From contig CAVRAN010000007.1 in assembly GCA_963719075.1 (NCBI GenBank), forward strand, positions 31,709-95,708: a stretch of 64,000 nt of DNA. Reading direction: 5' to 3'. Made by a program: the position numbers and the translations under genes. The notes below the pieces were generated by a model that was not told the origin of the DNA, made no database searches, and saw only the letters and a list, made by a program, of their open reading frames with translations. Positions 19,931 to 31,299 of this stretch are shown here, one piece after another; the first letter of the stretch is position 1, and every line of letters starts with the position of its first letter. This stretch comes from an uncultured Verrucomicrobiae bacterium (GTDB taxonomy: Bacteria > Verrucomicrobiota > Verrucomicrobiia > Limisphaerales > UBA11358).

Positions 19931-21145
19931 TCAGCCGGAACGCGTTCGCAAAATTAGCAGCGCCCCCAATGCAAATAAAATTGCGCTGTAACTAAAAGCC
20001 GCTCCCGTTCCAACTTCCGTCCAAAGCGCACCGACGATGATGCTTGAAAGAAAATCGCCGATGCCATTGACCGTCGCCAGCACGCCAAACGCCATTCCGT
20101 GATGTTCTTCGCCCACGAGTTCGGCGCAGAATGAATCTTCGAGAGTTTCGACAATCGAAACAAAAATTCCGGCGATCACGAACACAACGCCAAGCATCCA
20201 CACATTCATCGGCGCAAAGACGATCAACAAAGCCATCGCCGCCGCGAGTGCGTAGCCGGACGCGAGAATGAGATTTTTTTTGAAACGGTCGGCCAGCCAG
20301 CCGGCGATGGGCGCAAATGCCGCGTAAAAAACATTCCGCATTATGTAAAATCCCACGGCTATGCTTGCCGCTTTGGCCGCGCCAAATTCCGGCGTCATCT
20401 TTCGCGTGGCGAGCAAAATCAACAGCGTGGGCGCAAAATCGCCCGCGCCAAACAAGCCGACGGCCACGAGAAATTTCCGGTAATGCTTGGGTAACGACCG
20501 CAGGCGTTCGCCAAACGAAACATGCGAAACTGGTTTACGTTCTTTTTCTTTGACGAGAAACGCGATCACTCCGGCGGCCAGCAAACCGGGAATGAGCGTC
20601 GCCAGAAAAACGCGGCGATAATTATGTGCGAAGGCCGTGACCAGAATCAAAGCCGTTATTGGTCCGACAATTGCGCCGACCGTATCCATCATCCGCTCGA
20701 ATCCGAAAGCGCGACCATAAGTTTCCCGCGTCACGGCGGCGGCGAGCAGCGCCTTGCGAATGGGAGTGCGCACGCCGCGACCGAGCCACGCGAGCGAACG
20801 TGAAATCAAAACGTGCCACGCCGCCGTCGCCAAGCCAAAGGAAACCGTGCCGAGCGCGGTGACAAGATAACCAATGACAGCAATGGGTTTGCGGCGTTGC
20901 AATTTATCCGTGTAATAACCGGACGCCATTTTGGCGAAGCTGGAAAGTCCGTCGGAAACGCCTTCAATCAAACCGAGCCACGCCGCCGCCGCGCCGAACG
21001 AGGCAAGAAATGCCGGTAAAACCGCCGTTGCAATTTCATGCGACCAGTCGCTGAAGAGCGACGCGAGGCCGATGCCGAGAACGGTGCGATTGAGCCAGTG
21101 GAATTTTTTTGGCACGCGACCGTTTGCCGAATCAGAAGTGGCCAT
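19931..21145 (-). CDS. MFS transporter
   Basis: About 12 TM segments; GYYTDKLQRRK and GWLADRFKK MFS motifs. Confidence 0.88.
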   Translation of the reverse strand: MATSDSANGRVPKKFHWLNRTVLGIGLASLFSDWSHEIATAVLPAFLASFGAAAAWLGLIEGVSDGLSSFAKMASGYYTDKLQRRKPIAVIGYLVTALGTVSFGLATAAWHVLISRSLAWLGRGVRTPIRKALLAAAVTRETYGRAFGFERMMDTVGAIVGPITALILVTAFAHNYRRVFLATLIPGLLAAGVIAFLVKEKERKPVSHVSFGERLRSLPKHYRKFLVAVGLFGAGDFAPTLLILLATRKMTPEFGAAKAASIAVGFYIMRNVFYAAFAPIAGWLADRFKKNLILASGYALAAAMALLIVFAPMNVWMLGVVFVIAGIFVSIVETLEDSFCAELVGEEHHGMAFGVLATVNGIGDFLSSIIVGALWTEVGTGAAFSYSAILFALGALLILRTRSG

Positions 21146-21148
21146 GCG

Positions 21149-21577
21149 TCATTTTGAATTCAAACTTCTACCGATTGACCGGCCAATGTCTTCCAGCGCG
21201 CGCGTTTCTTCCGGTGTGTATTCATATTGGCGAACTGTGCCGATACCAAGGGTCCCGACAATTTTTTCGTTGTGACGAATCGGAACGCACAGCGCGCCGC
21301 CGACGCCGGTTTGTTTCGCGCTTGGCTTGGCGACGCCGCTGGAATCCGTTTGCAGATTACAAATCGAAACCGGCTTGTTTTGCGCGACGACTTGTCCCGC
21401 AATGCCTTTGCCGACGGGAATGATGGTCACCATGTCCAGCAACTGCGGCGGCAGGCCGACTTGCGCGATGAGGCGCAGGAGTTGCGTTGGTTCATGGAGC
21501 CGGTGAATCGTGCCGGTTTCGGAATTAAACTTGGCGAGCGTTTCGCGCAGAATTTTTTCTAAAGCGATTGTGTCCAT
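21149..21577 (-). CDS. Stand-alone GAF domain protein
   Basis: IPVGKGIAGQV, LCVPI...IVGTL. Confidence 0.85.
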   Translation of the reverse strand: MDTIALEKILRETLAKFNSETGTIHRLHEPTQLLRLIAQVGLPPQLLDMVTIIPVGKGIAGQVVAQNKPVSICNLQTDSSGVAKPSAKQTGVGGALCVPIRHNEKIVGTLGIGTVRQYEYTPEETRALEDIGRSIGRSLNSK

Positions 21578-21620
21578 AATTTGTATTGTCGCGAATAATT
21601 TGTTTTAGACCTAGATTTTG

Positions 21621-21965
21621 TTATGTCATAAAATAATCGAATACGAATGCAGCGCATAGTAAGCCCAAGCCAGAATAAGCTACAGGCCACCATGCCTTCT
21701 CGCACCAGCCGCGGTGTTTTGGTTTCAGATACATTTGAACAACAGGCAATATGAATAAAACCGCAATGGAAAATAGAAAACCGACCGCCAACTTGCATGC
21801 AACTCCATGCATAATCGAACCGTGATGACTGTATCGTCCTGGTGGCACATAAAAAGAATTGTATTGCCAACAAAACCATCCGTAGAGCAACACAACCAAA
21901 GCCCCACAACCATTCAATAATGTTTTTATTCTACGGATGCGATGACGTGGAGATTGCCTATTCAC
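21621..21965 (-). CDS. Hypothetical membrane protein
   Basis: 114-aa ORF with three hydrophobic segments filling the operon gap. Confidence 0.5.
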   Translation of the reverse strand: MNRQSPRHRIRRIKTLLNGCGALVVLLYGWFCWQYNSFYVPPGRYSHHGSIMHGVACKLAVGFLFSIAVLFILPVVQMYLKPKHRGWCEKAWWPVAYSGLGLLCAAFVFDYFMT

Positions 21966-22008
21966 AGATTCGGCTTTGTTTCGTGTTCAAGTTTTTATCC
22001 GAAATAAA

Positions 22009-22353
22009 TTATTTTTCTCCGTCACCCGAACGATAATGTAGCACTTTGACTTTTTCGAGTGTCACCAATCCGCCGCCAATCATTTTATCCAGAGTCGGCA
22101 GGAAAGCGTTGATTTTTTCCTCGCTGTCCACAATTTCGATGACGAGCGGCAAATCCATCGAGAGCCGTAAAATTTTCGCCGTGTGCAGATGGCTGGATTT
22201 GCCGAAACCCATCGGCCCGCGCAAAACCGTCGCGCCTGCGAGTTGCGCCTCGCGCGCGGCGAGGACGATGGCTTCGTAAAGCGGTTTGTGTTCCCAGCGG
22301 TCGCTTTCGCCGAGGAAAATTCGCAGGAGCATTGCTTCGTTTGGAATTTGCAT
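22009..22353 (-). CDS. DUF190 PII-like protein
   Basis: LRIFLGESD, GATVLRGPMGFG, LSMDLPLVIEIVD; next to crcB. Confidence 0.9.
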   Translation of the reverse strand: MQIPNEAMLLRIFLGESDRWEHKPLYEAIVLAAREAQLAGATVLRGPMGFGKSSHLHTAKILRLSMDLPLVIEIVDSEEKINAFLPTLDKMIGGGLVTLEKVKVLHYRSGDGEK

Positions 22354-22354
22354 T

Positions 22355-22759
22355 TTAATTTCCTTTCATTGAATTGAAGTTTGAGCCGAGCAAATAGCCG
22401 AGCCAGACGGCAATCATGCACAGCACCACGGACAGGATAATATTGCCGCCGGCGTAAAGCCATTCGCGGTCGCGCAACAGATTCAAAGTTTGCAGGCTGA
22501 ACGAGGAAAAGGTCGTGTAACCGCCGCAGATTCCGATCATGAGAAACTGGGTTGCGAACACGCGGGATTGCGGGTCGATCCGGCCTTCGGGCGTGGCGAA
22601 CCCGGCGAAAATTCCGATGAGGAACGAGCCGGTGACGTTGATGACGAGCGTGCCCCACGGAAAAGTTTCGCCGAAACGCGCGGCGACGAGACCGGAAAGC
22701 CAGTAACGACCCATGCTGCCGAGCGCGCCGCCGATTGCTACCCATAGATATGCGAGCAT
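22355..22759 (-). CDS. crcB: Fluoride channel Fluc/CrcB
   Basis: GGALGSMGRY, FPWGTLVIN, GGYTTFSSF. Confidence 0.95.
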   Translation of the reverse strand: MLAYLWVAIGGALGSMGRYWLSGLVAARFGETFPWGTLVINVTGSFLIGIFAGFATPEGRIDPQSRVFATQFLMIGICGGYTTFSSFSLQTLNLLRDREWLYAGGNIILSVVLCMIAVWLGYLLGSNFNSMKGN

Positions 22760-22786
22760 AAAATTTCTCCGATGCAACATCCATTG

Positions 22787-22855
22787 GTAGGAGTCATCAG
22801 CACTGAACGTCAGGCGGTTTTCCCACCCTGCGGCGAGAGGGCAAACTCCATTGCC
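22787..22855 (-). ncRNA. Fluoride (crcB) riboswitch
   Basis: Minus strand GGCAATGGAGTTTGCC...AAACCGCC...GCTGATGACTCCTAC with pseudoknot pairing GGAGT/ACTCC, directly upstream of crcB. Confidence 0.92.
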
Positions 22856-22861
22856 GAAGAA

Positions 22862-22890
22862 TTTATAACGCGTCAGTCAACGGTTGGCAA
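22862..22890 (-). promoter_or_regulatory. Putative sigma70 promoter of the riboswitch-crcB transcript
   Basis: Minus strand TTGCCA-N17-TATAAA, ending just before the riboswitch. Confidence 0.65.
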
Positions 22891-22897
22891 CGCTTTC

Positions 22898-24254
<1,357 letters not shown>

Positions 24255-24301
24255 AATTATTGAGTTTATCCGCTGCATCTTTGGGGAAAATCCTCTAAAC
24301 A

Positions 24302-27211
24302 TCAACGCGCGTTTGCAATGGTTGTGGGAACTGGCGTCACAGTGACGTTGTCAAATAGTGACGAGTTCAACGCCGAATTGTTGTGCGCGGTGAGCGCGAG
24401 ACCGACGTCAATGGTCTTATTCATCGGAATTGTCATGCTGTCCACGCGCTTCCAGTTGTTGCCATCCCTTGAAATATAGCCGGTGAATGTGTCGCCAGCG
24501 CGAACCAAGCGCACCCAGTAAGGGATATTTACCGATGGCCCATCAGTGTTGCGGCTGATTTTATCCGGGACTGGACGCCATTGAAATGCCGAGCCGCCGC
24601 CAGCGGTGACGACCATGAGCGCATGTTTTGAGCCGGGAGAAAGATTTTCGCGGAACATCACGCCTGCCTTCGCCCACGGATCAGTAAATTGCATGGACAC
24701 GACGCGCGCGATGATTTGTCCGTCGCCAGTCAATGGCGTGCAGGCAAAGTGAAAGCCGTCGGAATTTTCCCAGATGTCCGTGCCGGATGCGATCAGGTTG
24801 AAGCGTCCGTTTAAAAAACTGGCATCGCCAGAAAAGCCGACGCTGCCGACGTCCGCATGCGTCCAGTTTGGCGGCAGAGAAGGCGCGCTGACCGGCAATG
24901 AATTGATCCAGGCGGCAATCGTAGTGACGGCGTTGCGGTCGGTGACGTTTCGTGCGAGCGGCGGCATTTGCATGTTGCCGACCGTGTTGATGCGGTTAAT
25001 GAGAACAGATTTTGAAATCTCGCCCGGCACAATGATTTTTGCACCGGAAATTCCGAGCGGATTTGCGACCGGACCGTTGATGATGCCTTGTTTTTCCATC
25101 GGCGTATCAAAGCGCGCGTCAAAAAACGCCTCAACGCCACCGGGACGATGACATTGCGCGCAATTCGCGTCAAAGTAAGAACGGACGCGGACTTCCAGTG
25201 GCGCGGCTGTGTTCGTGATGGCCACAAGTTTTGCAAAATGAGGAATTTCATTTTCATCGAGTTTTGTGTTGAAAAGGCCGATGTGATTCCATGCGCGAAG
25301 CTGGTTGTCAGTCACGCCGTTTGGATATTTAAAATCGCCGTTGAGCTGGCGTGTTTTGACGCCGAGGATGCCGCCTGATGCTGGTGTGTGACAGGTCAAG
25401 CAGTCCTGGCGTCCCGGGAAAAACCATTTTTGCACACGCGTGCCAGTTGAAGTCTTAATCGGAATGTCTTCGGCGATGCCCGCAGTAACCAAATCCGCGT
25501 CGTGGTTATCCGCCCGCCATTTATAACTCGCACCGTAAACCGTGCCGTTCGTGTCGCAAACAAGCAGACGCGTTTCGAGCCGGCGCAAAATCTTCGGATT
25601 CGTGTCATCGACGGGCAGTTCAAAATTTTTGACAAACACAGTACCGGCGGGAAATTTCCATTCGCCGTTGGCGGAAAAATTGATTTTTGAATTTTCCGGC
25701 AGCGCCAGCCAGCGTGTTTTCACCGCGCCGTCCGACCACAACGGCGAATTGACGGAATAGGGAATCAAATAATTTGCCGGCTTTAATTTTTCCAAATTGG
25801 CCAACGCGCCAGTTTGCGAAAGCAATTTTGGCATCGGATGGGTCGGTGGCGGCGGGCCGCCGCGCGCCAGTTTGTAAATATGCCCGCCGATACTGCTCAT
25901 CTGGCAGAAATAAATTTCGCCATTGGCGTCCAGGCCGAACGATGAAAGCCCCGTGTAATCCGAACCGGAATTTGGCCCGCTACCTTTGGGCATCACGCAG
26001 AGAAGATTTTTTTGAATGGGCGTCGTCGTTTCATCCATCGCCCATATCACGCGATAAACGTTGTCGCCAAAAATATATTTGCCGCCAAGATCGCTCGCAA
26101 ATTCCCTGCCGCGATAAACGTAACCGCCAATGACCGCCCGCCCGTCACTGTGCGGATAATCTAAAACCGGTCCGCGGCTGATGCCAATGTAGGGTGATTT
26201 CATTTCGCCCAGCGTTCCTTCGCAGTAGGGCCATTGAAAATTCAAACCGGATTCGCCAGGTTCGATAATGTCCACTTCTTCGCGTGCGCTTTCACCAACG
26301 TCGCCGATGTAAATTCTTCCCGTCGGCGGGTCGTAAGTCATGCGATGCGGGCTGCGCAGGCCGAGGCAGAAAAACTCTTCCAACACGTTCGACTGGCCAA
26401 CGAACGGATTGTCGTTCGGAATAAAATAATTTGCCGTGTTTCCATTCAACGGCTGACGCGGAATCGGATGACTAATTGCGCCGCCGCGACAATCCACGTC
26501 AATTCTAAAAACGCCGGAGTACAGATTTTTGTCAATGATCTGGTCGTTGTCGCCGACTGAATTATCGCCGTCCGTCCAGTAAAGAAATCCGTTGATCGGA
26601 TGAAAAAAAATTCCGCCGCCGTGATGCCAGATGGTTTGGTCCTTCAAATCTACAAAAACTTTTTCTGAACCGGGAATCGCAACGCCGTTTGCGTCAAGTG
26701 TAAATCGCGAGAGCCGGTCGTGATAATCGCCAATCGGTGGCGGGCGGGTGTTTGCATCGCCGGCGACCGTGCCGGGTTTGGTCCAAGTATAATAAACAAA
26801 AACAAAGTGGTTTGTCGCATAGCCCGGATGAAACGCCACGCCGAGCAAGCCCGAATCATCCCAGCCTTGGCATTGGTTGCTGATATCGAGGAGTAGTTTT
26901 TTTTGTGTCGCGCCAGGATTGTTTTCAAATGTCCATATGCGGCCTTCGCGTTCCCACACGCATAATTCATCTGTGCCCGGCACAAACGTCAATCCGACAG
27001 AGTTGGTGAAGACCAGATTCGTGAACGCGTTGACCGCCGACCAGTTACCAGAAATCCCCGGTGCGATTTCCGGCATTGCGCCGTTCAGGAACGCACCGGC
27101 TTGCGGGTGTGAATTCAGCCCGTAGGGCTTGGCATTTGCAGAAAAAATGAAAATGCCCAGCAACCCGAGAAGCAAAAACAAGTGGCAATTTTTGAAAAAC
27201 GATTTTTTCAC
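24302..27211 (-). CDS. Secreted glucose/sorbosone dehydrogenase-type beta-propeller fused to a diheme cytochrome c and a C-terminal beta-sandwich
   Basis: Signal peptide; GLLGVAFHP, HHGG, GLRSPHR, GDVG; two CxxCH (CLTCH, CAQCH); WAKAGVMFRE domain. Confidence 0.82.
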   Translation of the reverse strand: MKKSFFKNCHLFLLLGLLGIFIFSANAKPYGLNSHPQAGAFLNGAMPEIAPGISGNWSAVNAFTNLVFTNSVGLTFVPGTDELCVWEREGRIWTFENNPGATQKKLLLDISNQCQGWDDSGLLGVAFHPGYATNHFVFVYYTWTKPGTVAGDANTRPPPIGDYHDRLSRFTLDANGVAIPGSEKVFVDLKDQTIWHHGGGIFFHPINGFLYWTDGDNSVGDNDQIIDKNLYSGVFRIDVDCRGGAISHPIPRQPLNGNTANYFIPNDNPFVGQSNVLEEFFCLGLRSPHRMTYDPPTGRIYIGDVGESAREEVDIIEPGESGLNFQWPYCEGTLGEMKSPYIGISRGPVLDYPHSDGRAVIGGYVYRGREFASDLGGKYIFGDNVYRVIWAMDETTTPIQKNLLCVMPKGSGPNSGSDYTGLSSFGLDANGEIYFCQMSSIGGHIYKLARGGPPPPTHPMPKLLSQTGALANLEKLKPANYLIPYSVNSPLWSDGAVKTRWLALPENSKINFSANGEWKFPAGTVFVKNFELPVDDTNPKILRRLETRLLVCDTNGTVYGASYKWRADNHDADLVTAGIAEDIPIKTSTGTRVQKWFFPGRQDCLTCHTPASGGILGVKTRQLNGDFKYPNGVTDNQLRAWNHIGLFNTKLDENEIPHFAKLVAITNTAAPLEVRVRSYFDANCAQCHRPGGVEAFFDARFDTPMEKQGIINGPVANPLGISGAKIIVPGEISKSVLINRINTVGNMQMPPLARNVTDRNAVTTIAAWINSLPVSAPSLPPNWTHADVGSVGFSGDASFLNGRFNLIASGTDIWENSDGFHFACTPLTGDGQIIARVVSMQFTDPWAKAGVMFRENLSPGSKHALMVVTAGGGSAFQWRPVPDKISRNTDGPSVNIPYWVRLVRAGDTFTGYISRDGNNWKRVDSMTIPMNKTIDVGLALTAHNNSALNSSLFDNVTVTPVPTTIANAR

Positions 27212-27325
27212 GAATTAAACTCGCACAAGATTCTCCGCCGCGCGCGTGCCGTCAAATTTTTAAATAAGAAATTTCACTCGAATTTTCTCCTTTGAACTTT
27301 TGCCGCGCGAATTTAGCTTGGGTGC

Positions 27326-28087
27326 ATGTTCCGTCCTTGCATTGACCTGCATGAAGGTAAAGTGAAGCAAATCGTCGGCGGCACGCTGGGCGATTCCGGC
27401 GTGCGCACAAATTTTGTCTCCGAGAAATCCGCCGCGTGTTTCGCGGAACTTTACAAACACGACGGACTGGCCGGCGGCCATGTCGTCATGCTTGGCTCCG
27501 GCAACGAAACCCAGGCGCGCGCCGCGCTCGCGGCGTTTCCCGGCGGCTTGCAAATTGGCGGCGGAATTAATTCTGAAAACGCGCGCGGCTGGCTCGACGC
27601 CGGGGCGTCGCACGTCATCGTCACGAGTTGGGTTTTTCGTGAAGGTCGGGTTGATTGGGAACGCCTTGGCGAACTTGTTAAAACAATTGGCAAAGAAAAA
27701 CTCGTTGTTGACTTGAGCTGTCGCAAGCGCGGGGAAAATTATTTTGCTGTTACCGACCGCTGGCAAAAGTTCACGGAACTTCCGGTTAATGAGGAATCGC
27801 TCCAAAAAATTTCTGTTTACTGCGCTGAATTTTTGGTTCACGCCGTTGACGTGGAAGGGTTATGTCGAGGCATTGACCGAGAACTTGTTGAAAAACTCGG
27901 CCAGTGGACGCCAATTCCGACGACGTATGCAGGCGGCGCAAATTCAATTTCCGATTTAAAAGAAGTCACGCGGCTGGGGCGGGGGAAGATTGACCTGACG
28001 ATTGGTTCTGCGTTGGATATCTTCGGCGGCAGCGGAGTGCTTTACAAGGATGTCGTAGCATTTAATCGGCAAACAACGCAGCGGTGA
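27326..28087 (+). CDS. hisA: ProFAR isomerase (His6/eukaryote-type HisA)
   Basis: FRPCIDLHEGKVKQIVG, LQIGGGI, DLSCR, HAVDVEG, TYAGG, DLTIGSALD. Confidence 0.92.
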   Translation: MFRPCIDLHEGKVKQIVGGTLGDSGVRTNFVSEKSAACFAELYKHDGLAGGHVVMLGSGNETQARAALAAFPGGLQIGGGINSENARGWLDAGASHVIVTSWVFREGRVDWERLGELVKTIGKEKLVVDLSCRKRGENYFAVTDRWQKFTELPVNEESLQKISVYCAEFLVHAVDVEGLCRGIDRELVEKLGQWTPIPTTYAGGANSISDLKEVTRLGRGKIDLTIGSALDIFGGSGVLYKDVVAFNRQTTQR

Positions 28088-28532
28088 CAAATTGAAATTC
28101 AGGTATTAGTTGTTCCAGCAGAATTTCGCTTCCGGCTAAAATGCCTTTCAAAACCAACCCGTATGCGGTGCTGTGATAAATTTCCACGTTGTCGTAGCGC
28201 GGGTCAATGATCCACAGTCGCGGCACGCGTATTTCCTCATAAAGCTGTTTTTTTATAACCGTGTCAGCGCGATGGTCTTCGCGGCTGATGACTTCCGCTG
28301 CCAGCCAAAGTTTGCCGGTCGCTGCGGTTACGAGCGCGAGATCAGGTCGAATGGTGGTCGTCGGTGAAACGCGGACTTCTTCGCGCGGCGAAAGCAGTCG
28401 TATCATTTTTAAATTTGCCACGCTCACGATCATTGCCATATGAAGCCGGTGGCAAATCATTTCGTGCCGCGCAGCGGGCGCGGGACGCCACAACGTCCCG
28501 CCTTCAAGAATTTCTTCATACGGATCGCTCAT
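28062..28532 (-). CDS. Uma2-family (PD-(D/E)xK) putative endonuclease
   Basis: RPDL, AEVIS, K..LY, WIIDP. Confidence 0.85.
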   Translation of the reverse strand: MSDPYEEILEGGTLWRPAPAARHEMICHRLHMAMIVSVANLKMIRLLSPREEVRVSPTTTIRPDLALVTAATGKLWLAAEVISREDHRADTVIKKQLYEEIRVPRLWIIDPRYDNVEIYHSTAYGLVLKGILAGSEILLEQLIPEFQFVTAALFAD

Positions 28533-28586
28533 TTGTTTAAGAAAGCAGTGATTCATATAATCAGCAAGTTTTCATTAAAACAAGAC

Positions 28587-28615
28587 TTGCAAAGTAACGC
28601 ATACATGACTAACCT
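28587..28615 (+). promoter_or_regulatory. Putative sigma70 promoter of the rpsP operon
   Basis: TTGCAA-N17-TAACCT. Confidence 0.5.
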
Positions 28616-28636
28616 CCGTGCTCTTTTGAAAAATTT

Positions 28637-28900
28637 ATGTCTGTAAAAATTCGCATGAAACGGGTCGGCACGAAAAACACGCCGGCATTCCGCATTGTCG
28701 TGGCCGATGGCCGCAGTCCCCGCGATGGCAAGTTCATCGAGGAGATCGGCACTTACAACCCGCTCAAGCAGGGCGAAAATTTCACGATCAAACTCGACCG
28801 CGCGCAATACTGGATCAGCAAAGGCGCGCAGCCGAGCGACACCGTCGCCAGCTTCATCAAGAAATTGGGCAAAGCGGCGACTGCTCCGGCGGCGGCTTAA
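28637..28900 (+). CDS. rpsP: 30S ribosomal protein S16
   Basis: [30 protein letters not shown]. Confidence 0.97.
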   Translation: MSVKIRMKRVGTKNTPAFRIVVADGRSPRDGKFIEEIGTYNPLKQGENFTIKLDRAQYWISKGAQPSDTVASFIKKLGKAATAPAAA

Positions 28901-28914
28901 TTTAATTTTCAGCC

Positions 28915-29160
28915 ATGCAGGAGTTCCTCGAATACGTCGTCAAAGGACTCGTGCAAAATCCCGGCGCGGTGACGGTCACGCCGGTGGATCGCGCGGGCAT
29001 GACGGTTTATGAATTGCGGATGGATTCGTCCGACGTTGGGAAAATTATCGGTCGGCAGGGAATTACGATTAACGCGATTCGCTCGCTCTTGCTCGCGGGC
29101 AGTGCGAAGAAAGGTTTGCGTTGTTCGGTTGAGATTGTGGAAGACAAACCGGCGAGTTGA
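28915..29160 (+). CDS. khpA: KH-domain RNA-binding protein
   Basis: DVGKIIGRQG; located after rpsP. Confidence 0.9.
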   Translation: MQEFLEYVVKGLVQNPGAVTVTPVDRAGMTVYELRMDSSDVGKIIGRQGITINAIRSLLLAGSAKKGLRCSVEIVEDKPAS

Positions 29161-29178
29161 TTTACATTTGAGGCACGG

Positions 29179-29847
29179 ATGAAGATTGACGTGCTCACTT
29201 TGTTTCCGGCGATGTTCGCCGGGCCACTCGACGAAAGCATCGTCAAGCGCGCGCGCGAAAAAAGTTTGCTGGATTTGAAAATCCACAACCTGCGCGACTG
29301 GACGCACGATCGGCACAAGACAGTGGACGACAAACCGTTTGGCGGCGGCCCGGGAATGTTGCTGAAAGTCGAGCCGCTCTTTGAGGCGATTGAAAGTTTG
29401 CAGCGCGCGGGAACGAAAGTGATTTTGCTTTCGCCAAGCGGAAGAAAATTTTCGCAGGAAATTGCGCGCGAACTGGCGCAGGAAAAAGATTTGCTGCTGG
29501 TCTGCGGCAGTTACGAAGGTTTTGACGAGCGCGTGCGCGAGGCGCTGGCCGACGACGAATTGTCCATCGGCGATTACGTTTTGACGAATGGTGCGTTGCC
29601 GGCGATGGTCGTGATTGACGCGGTCGCGCGGCTGCTGCCCGGAGTTTTGGGCGACGACGAAAGTTCGCACGACGAATCGTTCAGCGCCGGATTGCTGGAA
29701 TATCCGCAATACACGCGGCCGGCGGAATTTCGCGGGATGAAAGCCCCCGACGTGCTGCTGTCCGGCAACCATGCCGAGATCGAGAAATGGCGGCGCGAAC
29801 AGGCGAAGTTGCGGACGGAAAAGCAGCGGCCGGATTTGTTGAAATAA
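29179..29847 (+). CDS. trmD: tRNA (guanine37-N1)-methyltransferase
   Basis: [35 protein letters not shown]. Confidence 0.97.
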   Translation: MKIDVLTLFPAMFAGPLDESIVKRAREKSLLDLKIHNLRDWTHDRHKTVDDKPFGGGPGMLLKVEPLFEAIESLQRAGTKVILLSPSGRKFSQEIARELAQEKDLLLVCGSYEGFDERVREALADDELSIGDYVLTNGALPAMVVIDAVARLLPGVLGDDESSHDESFSAGLLEYPQYTRPAEFRGMKAPDVLLSGNHAEIEKWRREQAKLRTEKQRPDLLK

Positions 29848-29861
29848 AATTTTAGAAATTT

Positions 29862-30239
29862 ATGAACCAGATATTACAAAGAAAAATTGAATCGGAACAA
29901 TATCGCAAAGACGACTCGAAATTCGGCGTCGGCGATTCTGTGAAAGTCCACACCAAAGTCGTCGAAGGTGACAAGGAACGCATCCAGATTTTTGCGGGCG
30001 TCGTCATCGGCAAACGCGGCACCGGCTTGAACGAAACCTTCAGCGTCCGCCGCATCAGTTACGGCGAAGGCGTGGAGCGCGTGTTCCCGCTGCACTCGCC
30101 GCGCGTGGACAAGGTTGAAGTCGAGCGCCACGGTCAGGTGCGCCGCGCGAAACTCACCTACCTGCGCAAACGCCTCGGCAAAGGCGCGACGCTGGTGAAC
30201 GAAAAACAGGAAAAAGCCGTCGCCGCACCGGCGAAGTAA
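29862..30239 (+). CDS. rplS: 50S ribosomal protein L19
   Basis: [25 protein letters not shown]. Confidence 0.97.
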   Translation: MNQILQRKIESEQYRKDDSKFGVGDSVKVHTKVVEGDKERIQIFAGVVIGKRGTGLNETFSVRRISYGEGVERVFPLHSPRVDKVEVERHGQVRRAKLTYLRKRLGKGATLVNEKQEKAVAAPAK

Positions 30240-30260
30240 TTCCGCGAACAAAATTTCACG

Positions 30261-30287
30261 AAGGCGGGGCGAAAGCCTCGCCTTTTT
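30261..30287 (+). terminator. Intrinsic terminator after rplS
   Basis: AAGGCGGGGC-GAAA-GCCTCGCCTTTTT. Confidence 0.85.
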
Positions 30288-31290
30288 AATTTTGTCCTAG
30301 ACTCGCGGCTTTGTTTAAGTCGGACATCGCGCCGTCGTAATCATGGGTGAGACGCCGGAGTTCGCTTCGTTCGCGATAAATCTCCGCGTTTTTTGGATCT
30401 AGTTCGATTGCTTTTGTAAAATCAGCGATTGCGCCGTCGTAATTGGACATATGTTTTTTCGTCAGACCTCGATGCCAATAAGCTCGCGCATATTTCGGAT
30501 CAATTTCGATGGCTTTTGTATAATCAACAATTGCGCCGTCGTCATCGTAATTGCCTGCTTTAGCGTCGCCTCGACCACAATAGGCAAAAGCAAATTTGGG
30601 GTTTAGCTCAATAGCATGATTGTAGTCGGTGATGGCTTCGTCATAATCAGATTTGGTTCTTTCGGCGTTGGCTTTGCCGCTCCAAGCATCCGCGTATTTT
30701 GGATTCAACTTAATTGCGACGGTGAAATCAGAAATTGCTCCGTCTGTGTCAGCCTTTCTGATTTTGGCGAGTCCACGACCATAGTAAGCAGCCGCTTTCC
30801 AAAAATCACTTTCTCCTAATTTTATAGCTTGTGTGTAATTGGCAATTGCACTGTCGTAATCTTTTTGTTCGAGCTTCACATCTCCGATATTCTGATAAGC
30901 CTTCCAGAATTTTGAATCAAGTTTTAGAGCCATATCATAATCAGCCAACGCGCCATCGTAATCTTTTTTGTCATCCTTGATAATGCCGCGATGATTGTAA
31001 GCTGAAGCATACTTTGGATTCATTTGGATGACTTTTTCAGCATCGGTTAAAGCTCCGTCGTAATCGCCTTTTTCTGCCTTTGCGAAACTGCGGTCATCAT
31101 AAGCAGCGACGTAATTTGAATTGAGATTAATAGCTTGTGTAAAATCGGCAATGGCCTTGTCATAATCATTTTTGTCTAGTTCGCCAATCGCGCGATTGTA
31201 AAAATTTGTGGCGTTGTCTTGCCCATGAACAGAAAAGACAAAAATCCCGAATGTTAAAATCAGCAAAATGAGATTTGCGAAATTTTTCAT
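30286..31290 (-). CDS. Secreted tetratricopeptide repeat protein
   Basis: Signal peptide followed by about nine 34-aa TPRs (AY..RG......DYDGAIADFTKAIELDP). Confidence 0.9.
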   Translation of the reverse strand: MKNFANLILLILTFGIFVFSVHGQDNATNFYNRAIGELDKNDYDKAIADFTQAINLNSNYVAAYDDRSFAKAEKGDYDGALTDAEKVIQMNPKYASAYNHRGIIKDDKKDYDGALADYDMALKLDSKFWKAYQNIGDVKLEQKDYDSAIANYTQAIKLGESDFWKAAAYYGRGLAKIRKADTDGAISDFTVAIKLNPKYADAWSGKANAERTKSDYDEAITDYNHAIELNPKFAFAYCGRGDAKAGNYDDDGAIVDYTKAIEIDPKYARAYWHRGLTKKHMSNYDGAIADFTKAIELDPKNAEIYRERSELRRLTHDYDGAMSDLNKAASLGQN

Positions 31291-31299
31291 ACAATCATT

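Noticed and set aside
27326-28087. Eukaryote-type HisA and GSII as evidence of recent eukaryotic gene transfer
   Set aside because: Both types are known in bacteria, and nothing in the sequence supports recent transfer.
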